Positions 54,217-64,000 of a stretch of 64,000 nt of DNA are shown here, in pieces. Origin of the DNA: Octopus sinensis (Eukaryota); the NCBI RefSeq assembly GCF_006345805.1, contig NC_043008.1:48608001-48672000 (forward strand), in the 5' to 3' direction. Below the pieces are notes generated by a model. It searched no databases. It was given only the letters and a program-made list of their open reading frames with translations, and was not told where the DNA came from. The stretch's first letter is position 1. Each line of letters opens with the position of its first letter. Both the position numbers and the translations under genes were made by a program.

Positions 54217-55107
54217 TTAACCTGTGTGGACACGTCTGTGAGAAGTTAAATTACAAGACTGGGTGAATGCTACACCACAAATATCACATGGGTAAGGTTT
54301 TTCACCTGTGTGAATACGTATGTGTTTCGTTAAGTTACTAATCTGTGTGAAAGCTTCCCCACAGACATCACATTCATAAGGCTTCTCACCTGTATGGATG
54401 CGTTTATGCTGAAGCATCCCACCTTTCTGAGCGAATGTTTTACCACACAGGTCACAATGGTAGGGCTTTTCCCCAGTATGAATTCGCCGATGCTTAGACA
54501 AATGATTCGCTTGTGAAAAAGCTTCACCACAGACATCACAAAAGTAAGGTTTTTCACCTGTATGAATACGTTTGTGTTTAGTTAAATTACTAGACTGAGT
54601 GAAACATTCCCCACAAATGTCACAGTGGAAAGGTTTCTCACCTGTGTGAATAAGGTGATGGATAAGGACACTGTATTCATTCAAGAATTTTTTACCACAG
54701 ATATTACAAAGATGGGATTTTTTGTTCATATGAATATGTTTATGCGCACGCATACTTCCCTTCTGGGTGAATGTTTTACCACAGGTGTCACAGTGATACG
54801 GCTTCTCACCTGTATGAATACGTTTATGCATAATCATACTACCTTTTTGGGTGAATGTTTTGCCACAGGTATCACAATAATAGGGCTTCTCACCTGTATG
54901 AATCCGTTTATGTACAAACATACTTCCCTTCTGGGTGAATGTTTTGCCACAGGTGTTACATTGGTAGGGCTTCTCACCTGTATGAATGCATTTATGCAGA
55001 AGCAAACTGCCTTTCTGTGAGAATGGTTTATCACAAATATCACAGCAGTAAGTTTTATCACCTGTAGGACGAAATCTATTCACAAGCCTATTGTCTTTCT
55101 CTGACAT
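54217..55107 (-). CDS. C2H2 zinc-finger protein ZNF-C, 10 fingers, 296 aa
   Basis: Ten C2H2 fingers, TGEKP linkers, intact ORF. Confidence 0.95.
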   Translation of the reverse strand: MSEKDNRLVNRFRPTGDKTYCCDICDKPFSQKGSLLLHKCIHTGEKPYQCNTCGKTFTQKGSMFVHKRIHTGEKPYYCDTCGKTFTQKGSMIMHKRIHTGEKPYHCDTCGKTFTQKGSMRAHKHIHMNKKSHLCNICGKKFLNEYSVLIHHLIHTGEKPFHCDICGECFTQSSNLTKHKRIHTGEKPYFCDVCGEAFSQANHLSKHRRIHTGEKPYHCDLCGKTFAQKGGMLQHKRIHTGEKPYECDVCGEAFTQISNLTKHIRIHTGEKPYPCDICGVAFTQSCNLTSHRRVHTG

Positions 55108-55622
55108 TGTTTTACCACAGGTAACACTGTACTGTGGATGGTTACAAGTGTGAAATTATCTATACAGGAACAAAGAACTTTAACCATGAACTTTTTCCTA
55201 AGAATATCAAAGAGAATTAAACAGAGAACTTCTGTGAACTCATTTGTTTTCAGTGATGTTACTATTTTGTGTAAACGCTTTACCAGAGTTATCAAAAGGA
55301 AATCTTTAAATCTGGGCCTTCACACACACACCCACACTGCGGATCAGTTATAATTCCTTTCTTACCAATATTTCAAATACAGAACTCAAACACTACAAAA
55401 TTAGAATTAAAGTGTAATGTTAAATTTCTCCAGTTTTAACCACCACCACCACCACCCAGCCAATATTTTTCCAATCAATTAAACAATTACTCTTAATTGT
55501 TACAGAGTTACAGAAATATTGCCAAAATCATTGTTGATAATGTCCTTCTTTAGTTCTTAAAATTTCATATTTGTTGAAAGAATCTTGGAGCAGAAGTTCT
55601 TGACTCAATTTCACCAGAAAAC
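55108..55622 (-). other. Acceptor and 5' UTR of the ZNF-C coding exon
   Basis: (T)nCTAG|GTTTTCTGGTGAAATTG, same exon start as ZNF-A; 55180-55500 nearly identical to the ZNF-B UTR. Confidence 0.75.
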
Positions 55623-55679
55623 CTAGAAAAAAAAAAAAGAAAATACATAAAAGAAAAAACATACAAAAAACATAAAATG

Positions 55680-55985
55680 TACAAATGATGTACCGCTCGC
55701 GGCAGTGCTGGAGAGAGTAGAGTTTCAAGGCTTTAAGGCAGTCCCAGTAATCGAGATCAGTCATGCTTTCAATTCGTTTAGTGAGTGCCATCTGGGGTGA
55801 TTCAATCCTCGAGATGTTTTGTTTTGTATGGGGAGACCACAAGGAGCAGCAGTATTCGAGGTGTGGCCGTACAAAGGAGGAGAAAAGTGGAATGATGACA
55901 CCTTGTTCATAAGATCCAGGAGCTCATCCTACAAGCTATATCGACCTTATTGTTGATGGGGGCACACCAACTGAGATTGTCTTTT
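55680..55985 (-). mobile_element. CR1/L2-group LINE RT C-terminal fragment in the ZNF-C intron
   Basis: FVRPHLEYCCSLWSPH...LDYWDCLKALKLYSLQHCRERY. Confidence 0.8.
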
Positions 55986-57449
55986 ATTGAGTGACTAATT
56001 CGGAGAACATTACTTTCATTATTCACACATCGTCACTCTTGTATGGCAACACTTTGTAATTTTGGTTCAAATTAAAAGTGTGAAACTATTTTCCATTTCT
56101 AATGAAACCCGGTCGTTGTAGAGCAGCGTATTTCAAATAACTGTAGTTGGTTGTTGAGATAGCGCACAAAATATGTAAATGAAAATAAAGTTTATTTGGT
56201 AGCCGAAAGATTACTGATACTCCATACGTCAAAGTCAGCAACTCAATTTTCGAATGCATAAGGAACATACGCACGCACACACAATATCTCATTTATATAT
56301 ACAGATTATAGTTGTTGTTGTCATACAATCGTAATATCGAGTGTTCAAATGACAAAGGAATCCGAAAATGACGAAAAACTACAGAATAGTGTCCCTCGGA
56401 ATTTATTTCCTCCTAACGTTTTGAAAAATGCATATTTTTAAATGAAACTTTAGAGATTACCTTTAGAAAATTTGGCAAAAAGGAAAAAAAATCTGTTGAC
56501 GAATATTTGAACTCTTCTTCTCCACGCACCAACCTATTGCTTTGTGGCCACCAATTTCCTTAAGTTTGGGGTTTTTTTTCAGATTTACATGTTTAAAACA
56601 TCTACATTGCGTAACCTCATCCTCGAAAACGTATCTACGAAATTTCATTAAATTTTGTTTTTTTTTAGAAAACTATGGGGAAACAAAATCGGGCACCAAT
56701 CCAGTCATGTTCAGAAAATTATACACACACACGTTTGTGTGTGTAAAATGAAATATTACGGTAATGGTTTATCTGGAAACTTTATCGAAGTTTGTCAATG
56801 AATTTCATTTTTCCTTTTATCGCAAAGCGAAGCCTTCTTTCATGGCTTCTAAGTCGCCAAAATTAATGTTAAACGATTTCCTAAAATTGGAGACAAGACT
56901 TGAATGACTGCGACAGAAAGAACTCAAAGACACCCAAAGGGACCAAGTGGTGGTGATATTAAAGCGGACAATGGATTAAGTCTAACATTTGTGAAGGTCA
57001 TGTAGGGATTTTAACTTGGAACACAAAGAGTCGGAACAAATACGACAAGGCAACCAAACTTACAAACTAATAGTGGTTTTATCTCTAATTTAATATAATA
57101 TATATGTATATATATATATATAGTTATTTATATGTTGATATTGTCCCTGTTTCGCAAGACAGGGCATTCTTTCGATATAGAATCCCTGTGATAGTTGTCA
57201 AAAGACATTCGATTCAGAAATATATTCAACAAAAGAAACATTCAACAATTTTGTCTTTTCCTTGATTTTGCCGTGTCTCTATAACATAGAATTGATTGAT
57301 ACTTATTGATTTGTCACAACTAAATGTTTAAATTGATCAAATAAAGAATTACTTTTTATGACATTAAAACAGGAAACAGCTCTAAGTGTTAAAAGAAAGC
57401 TTCCCGTTATATCTACAATTATAAATACCTTGAAGAAGATGGAAAGACA

Positions 57450-57947
57450 AAATCTGGTCACCAGAATTAAGGGTACCTTAACACTATTAACCCTAACCCA
57501 AACTTTTGACTAAACAATACAAAACAACGACAAAGATATGAGAATATCGAGGTAAAAGCGATGTTTGTCCGTCCATTTCCACAGACATCAATCTAACATA
57601 ATGTAAAGAGATGGATCCAACAGAAATAAAAGGATAGAATGGTACTTACATAAACAATGTGGAACCATTTCGAATAATATCAGAAGAGGAGGAGGGGGCG
57701 GTGCCCCACGGAAAGGGTCCATTAATTATCTCAATTAAGGCCCAATGCCATGTCTGTTGTTTCTATTCGACACAGTTCCAACATTGACCAAACTCTCTTT
57801 TGCTAAACAACAAGATTTACGCAGGAACAAGAAGGAAACGGGTTTTGGTGGACTTAGACACTGCAATTAACTGGAATCTCCCTCCATGACCACCTCTCAA
57901 CCTTCCTTACATCAACGTATCTCAATATTAATTATCATTATTACAGC

Positions 57948-57996
<49 letters not shown>

Positions 57997-58075
57997 GTTT
58001 AGGTTTTAATTTAATCTCACTTCTTATCTTAATTCGTCGACGACGTAAATCGAAACGGAACTGGAACTCTTTTAC
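57450..58075 (-). promoter_or_regulatory. Shared ZNF 5' module, copy C
   Basis: Colinear with copies A and B; ~21-bp deletion between GGTC repeats; (CA)n(TA)n at ~57948-57997. Confidence 0.65.
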
Positions 58076-58197
58076 CGAAACAACTGCTGCCAAATTAATC
58101 GATAGTTTTGATATTTTAAAAACTGGTACAATTTAAGTTGTGTTTCTGTCAATTAAATTTTGTATCGCAATCGGTAAACTATAACGACGTTCATTTA

Positions 58198-58273
58198 TTT
58201 CTTTACTACCCACAAGGGGCTACACACAGAGGGGACAAACAAGGACAGACAAACGGATTAAGTCGATTACATC
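58198..58273 (-). mobile_element. SINE-like 3' tail fragment with Tx1-like terminus
   Basis: GATGTAATCGACT start resembles SINE family 2 (cf. ~7205); last 40 nt match the Tx1 end. Confidence 0.6.
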
Positions 58274-58282
58274 CTTTCGGGG

Positions 58283-58654
58283 TATATGGCAGGTTTGGTA
58301 GCCTTCAACTAACACTATCTCCTCCAAGACCCTGCGGCGCAAGTTGACCAAAATTGACAGTATGATAGAAGAAGGCTTGCTCTTCCTTCCGTAGAATATA
58401 AAATTCAAATCGGACCATGTTAACAACAAAAATTATTTACACCAAAAAGGCACTTTTTTTCTATGAAAATCCCTATTCTTTTACGATTTTTTTAGTGCTG
58501 TGTCGCCATTTTTCGGTGTATTTCAACCAGAAAAATGTTCACTTAAAGAGAATAACAAGATACTACATAATGAAAATTTTTTACTTTTCAAAAATTCCAA
58601 TTCTAAAGGGTCGAAAAGAAAACAAACCCGAGCAACGCCGGGCGATACTGCTAG
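58283..58654 (+). mobile_element. Non-autonomous Helitron, 5' truncated
   Basis: Ends CCCG-AGCAACGC-CGGG-CGATACTG-CTAG|T; colinear with 16485-16835. Confidence 0.85.
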
Positions 58655-58700
<46 letters not shown>

Positions 58701-58741
58701 GCACAATAATACCCCGTTTAACGTAACGTCCTTTTCGGCTT

Positions 58742-58971
58742 TCATCATCATCATCGTTTAACGTACGCTTTCCATGCTGGCATGGGTTGGACGGTTTGAC
58801 TGAGGACTGGCGAACCAGATGGCTGCACCAGGCTCCAATCTGATCAGGCAGAGTTTCTACAGCTGGATACCCTTCCTAATGCCAACCACTCTGGGAGTGT
58901 AGTGGGTGCTTTCAGAGTGGTTGGCGTTAGGAAGGGCATCCAGCCACTCTGAAAGCACCCACCACACTCTC
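58742..58971 (-). mobile_element. RTE tail with fold-back rearrangement
   Basis: (CAT)n tail followed by nested inverted segments. Confidence 0.75.
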
Positions 58972-60719
58972 AACTCATAAATTTTCCAGATTTTTTTTCA
59001 TAAGAAGCTTCCTACCATCATTTCCAAGGCCATGATGAAATAAAAATTGAGAATATCCTCGTCAAAACAGAGAAAATCCAATTTATAACCATCTTTTATA
59101 GTCTATTAATATTCTATTGAAATGATGCCATGTTCCAAAATCTCAGGTTTTATTTAGTTTCATACTTATTACAAATGTGCCAAAAAACTCATGTCCCTGT
59201 GACTGGTACTTCTGGATTTAGCATGGTCTGAAAACACTGCAAAATTGACCTTTGCTACAAAATAGGCTTTACATAAATATCTTAAAAATTGCCACAAGAT
59301 CGTTTTCTTTCCAAGAACCTGCAAAAAAAAAAAAAAAAGGCAACTGCTGTACCATGGCCAGTATTAATTTGTGTAATTTGAAGATGATTATCACCTCAGT
59401 TTTACAGATATAACATTGCAAATATGGTTAATTATTCATTTAGGGTAATTAGGCAAGATTTTAACCAATTTGCTGACCCTTCAAATTGTCATATTTCCTA
59501 AAACATTCATCAAAATTCCACAAATGAGCCATCAAAATGTTTCTTTTTGGACGCTCTCCACGAAAGAGAACAGCAGAAATTAGAATTTTACATATTTTTA
59601 AAAATTCATAGTGATACCTGTTAAAAGATATCTGATCTGTTCCACATAGAGACGGGGTCTACTTAGGGCAGACCCTATCTCTCCTGTTCATTTTCCATGA
59701 TCATTAACCACTCATGACTTCCTGGTTGCTTTACAGTTTGGACACTGAGGCCTTCGGAAGCCACCTGAATTCCTTTGGCACCATGATGCTTCATTGCATT
59801 ATAGGTTACCATTTGTCAGATTTCAGACTCTGCTCAGAAACTGGGATGCACCCTGTTACTTGTTATGATTCGTGGGTGCCAGCTCAGGCTGTTTGGCCAC
59901 CTTGCTTGATTTTCTGGGTTAGACCCTGTTCTCTTAATTGAGGGTCCAGCTAGATTGATGGCTCATGTTGGTTGTCCACATGCTATGTGGTTATGGCAGA
60001 TGAGAAGGTCTCTCACAGAGACTGAGTGGGACCCTGCTAGGAAGGGTCAGCCAGAAATATACTGACAAACAGTTAATGCAGCAACACACTACAATCACAC
60101 ATACCCCCACCCCACCTGGCCATGCTCTTTTCATCAACAGTAAGGCCCCAAGTGTGCCTTTAGTTTTCCCCCATGCCCTTCTTCACAGCAATGTGACAAT
60201 TTTCTCTCATATACTGTCTTGCAAATCCTCACATCACAAAACCTGTGCAAATTTTTATGCTTCTCCCTATTTAATGCCTAGATTCTCTTCTAGCAACTTA
60301 GTGACATCCTCGTCCCTTTTATGATGAAGCCTGTCTCTTAGTATTCACCCCTCAATTTAATATCATCATTCTACCACCATCTTTGATCAGGTAGCAATCT
60401 CACATCAGCCACAGGTTTGATTTGTAGCACTCAGGTTATTTCACAACTCCCAGTTCTTGTAATCCCTTCACCCTGCTGTCATTTAAAAACTCTCTGAACT
60501 TCCAACTTGGACGAACCCTCTTTTAGCTTTGATGTCTTCCTTCTCCAGATTATTTTTTCATCACTGAGTTTGCCCAACTTTAACTCTAATGTCACTAATC
60601 TACGTCGGATGGTGCCTTCTTCACCAGAGATGAGATTTAGCATTCACAACCATTTGTCTATCCCATTCCTTGGTGAGACTAAAATCTGACTTGCGTTCCA
60701 TCTGATTGGTCGGTGATCA

Positions 60720-61510
60720 GGTTTTTAATTTCTGGTGATTGACAGAGTGTAAGCGCCCTGAGAGAAATGCTGGACATAAGAAGCATTGGATGTGGCATGC
60801 AAGAGAGACGTTTGCGCTGATATGGTCATGTGCAACAGATGGATGAGGAGAGATGTGTGAAGAAGTGCCACACAGTTGAATGAATCCGGGGTAGAGGTCA
60901 ACCCAGGAAGACATGGGATGAGGTGGTCAAGCATGACCTTCGAACATTAGGCCTCACAGAAGCAATGACGAAAGACTGAAACCTCTGGAGATATGCTGTG
61001 ACTGTGAAGACCCAACAAATAACATGAGTTCATGGCTGTTTTCTGCACCAGTTTTACATAGTAGCCCCAGCCCATCCAAAGTACCTTGGATCGCAGAACG
61101 GCCTGCTGTGCTTACCTTGGATCGTAGGGCAACCTGCTGTGCTTGGAGACCTATTGAGTCAAGTACATCAACATCAAATGGAAATTGTAGTTGGGTACCT
61201 GTGCCGGTGGCACGTAAAAAGCATCATCCAAACGTGGCCGATGCCAGCGCTGCCTTGACTGGCTTCCGTGCTGGTGGCACATAAAAGGCACCACCCAATC
61301 GTGGCCATTGCCAGCCTCCCCTGGCACCTGTGCTGGTGGCACGTAAAAAGCACCCACTACACTCATGGAGTGGTTGGCGTTAGGAAGGGCATCCAGCTGT
61401 AGAAATATGGCTAGATCAGATTGGACCTGGTGCAGTTTCCTGGCTTCCCAGCCCCGGTCGAACTGTCCCACCCATGCTAGCATGGAAAATGGATGTTAAA
61501 CGATGATGAC
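60720..61510 (+). mobile_element. RTE LINE 3' end (ORF C-terminus, repeated 3' UTR, (GAT)n tail)
   Basis: ERRLR*YGHVQQMDEERCVKKC, GRGQPRKTWDEVVKHDL; GTGCNGGTGGCAC(G/A)TAAAA repeats. Confidence 0.88.
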
Positions 61511-61574
61511 AACTCCCAAGAATATTCATCTCTCTTCACCTCTTGTATCATTATACCAGGTACACCATAGAAAT

Positions 61575-61802
61575 AGTGCCAGGACAACTCATACCTGGAC
61601 AATTGACGTCTAGGACAACTTATAACAGGTATAAAGTGATAAAGACTTAATTTTGAAAGAAAAATCTATAAAATAACTGGACACACACAAATACATATCA
61701 CACGAACACACACACCCACCCACAAATTAAATCTTTATCACTTTATACCAGGTATGAGTTGTCTTAGATATCAATTGTCCAGGAATGAGTTGTCCTGGAA
61801 CC
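61575..61802. mobile_element. MULE-type MITE with ~80-bp TIRs
   Basis: CCAGGACAACTCAT / ATGAGTTGTCCTGG; imperfect 9-bp TSD CATAGAAAT / TTTAGAAAT. Confidence 0.8.
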
Positions 61803-62039
61803 TTTAGAAATGCTTATGGTTTAGTCTTAATCCAGTAAAATTGCTTGTTGTGAGAATGAAGTTGGTATCATTGGAGTCTGCAGCAGGATTCTTGAAATTG
61901 TCTTCTTACCACATGACAGCTCTAACTATGGCACTTATACAGAGGTAAGTGTCACTTCTGAGTTGCCGATAGCAAGTTTAAGCTGAACAATCCTCTCACA
62001 CACTTTTTAATTCCCTAAATTGCTTTATTTCTCAGCTAA

Positions 62040-63260
62040 CAACATGCCTCTCCAGCGACCCTATTGCTGTTGCTCACCCCAAAAGAATTTCTACTGTTGT
62101 TTACTTGTGAGTGTGGCTGAGGTTCTCTTCCATCTTACCTCTTGCACTCCACAATTTCTCTAGATCTACCTTGCTGATACGTATGTTGGCAACCATAAAC
62201 CTTTTAAACTGAAAGGAAGAGATTTCCAGAAGTGATTTACTTTGGTGCTGTTTGACTTCTACAACTGTGGAAAATAAGGAAGTTTATATGATTGCTTGTT
62301 GATGACTGGAAAGCGCTCACACATGACTGGATATTTCCAGTTTTGGTCAGTTATTCACTCATTTACCAATGATTGAGAATTGTTATTATTATCACCATTG
62401 AAGGTGTTAACCCCAGCCACTAGGAACTATATGAGTTGAGGTGAGGGATTAGTAGTAAAATGTATGCATCTGGTATGGTTGATGCTGAGCTACTTACCAA
62501 GGGAGTGAATCAAGGTAAGCTTTCTAGTATTTGGAGGGAGTGGAGAGGTGGATGCATTGGTGACAAATGATAAACATGGTTGCCAGTGCTGCCTGACTGG
62601 CTCCTGTGCCAGTGGTACGTAAAAAGCACCATTCAAGCATGGTCAATGCCAGTACTGCCTGAGCCGGTGGCACATGAAAAGCACCCACTACACTCTCAGA
62701 GTGGTTAGCGCTAGGAGGGGCACCCAGTTGTAGAAACTTTGCCAGATCAAATTGGAGCCTGGTGCAGCAACAACGACGATGAGGATGAAGAGATTGTGCT
62801 GATAAAGTTGCAGGATGGAGGGAAAATCGAGACTAAACAACAAGCTACATGTGTGTGTGTGTGTGTGAAAGCAGCAACATCCACTTCTCCCTGCTTGCAT
62901 CAGTTGGGCGGAGTTCGTTGAGGCAGATCTTCTATGGCAGGATATACTTCCTGTCACCAACCCTCACCTATTTCCAAGCAAGGTAATATTTTCCCAAGGC
63001 CTTTCTTGTGCCACAGCTTACAAGCCCACAAAACTTGATGGGAGGGGATGGAGCAGAGCAGGTTTTTGTTGTAGGGGAGCTACATGGCAACATCAGTATC
63101 AGCAAAGTAGATCTAGAGAAATTGTGGAGTGCAAGGGATGTGTGCAAGAGGTAAGATGGAAGAGAACCTCAGCGAAACTCACAGGTAAAGAACAGTCGTA
63201 GAGCAGTAGAAATTCTTTTGGGGTGAGCAACAGCAATAGGGTTGCAGCTGTGAAGAGATA
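62040..63260. repeat. Inverted repeat pair (~62040-62190 / ~63085-63255)
   Basis: ACCCTATTGCTGTTGCTCACCCCAAAAGAATTTCTACTG and its reverse complement; RTE tail between them (~62575-62790). Confidence 0.75.
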
Positions 63261-64000
63261 ATTAGTGAGGTTGTTCTCAAGGTGGCACTGCAAAAAATGA
63301 AGCGAAGGGGTGGAAGGAAGAAGACATACATGAAATGGGGGAGTGATCTGAAAAGAATGTACATACGAGCCTGTGTGAATTAGAGAACATTTTCAAATAT
63401 TAACAGCATTTGTGACAAATACAAACAAAAAAAAGAAGAAAATTACAGCAGTTTAGATGTTTCCAGAAATACTGATCATTCATTTATTTCAGAAATCAAG
63501 TTATGGACAATCGAATTTATCATACAGATGTGGACCTAACAATGTCTTGCTCAGTAGCGCCAGATGAGATTAAACTGACCAGAGTTATTATTATTATTAT
63601 AACTAGCAACCAGATAGGAATCTTTCTTGGTTGCTAAGGCTGGAATAAAAGGTGGAGCAGGGGGAGGACTTAGACTGGAGTGGAAGGTAAACAGAGCGAG
63701 ACAGAGAGAGAAAAAGAGAGAGAGAGTGATGAAGGAGAGAGAGAGTGTGTGTGTGTGTAAGAGGAGTGAGTGTGTATAGAGGAAGAGTGTTGACAGGAAA
63801 TGTTACATACTGAGTTGAAAATCTTAATTCATTTTTTTTTTGTTTTCCACACATGACAAACAGCCATTAGATATTTACATATTGACTGATGCTAATATAC
63901 AAATAAATGAGAGTGTATGAATATATATATATACATATATATATTATATATATATATACACATATATATATATATACATATACATATATATATATATACG

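Overview
Eukaryotic, AT-rich, microsatellite- and transposon-saturated DNA. The repeat landscape (tRNA-headed SINEs, RTE LINE tails ending in (GAT)n, dense TA/CA/TATC/CAC microsatellites) and clustered C2H2 genes suggest a coleoid cephalopod, probably Octopus; this is inference. The core is three paralogous C2H2 zinc-finger genes: ZNF-A (28601-29260 +), ZNF-B (48343-49466 -, frameshifted) and ZNF-C (54217-55107 -). They converge on a ~9 kb, 34-bp satellite array (36651-45673). The paralogs share near-identical 5' non-coding modules, while their introns are unrelated and their finger arrays diverged, and their UTRs contain fossil fingers. Other highlights: two Penelope-type inverted repeats with hammerhead ribozyme cores (one wrapped around a tRNA-derived Pol III head), a Tx1-clade LINE inside (TATC)n whose 3' end matches a SINE tail, a tandem RTE-Helitron chimera, non-autonomous Helitrons, mariner/Tc1/MULE relics, and a probable first coding exon of a minus-strand gene near 15.45 kb. 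All calls were made by eye; repeat boundaries are approximate.
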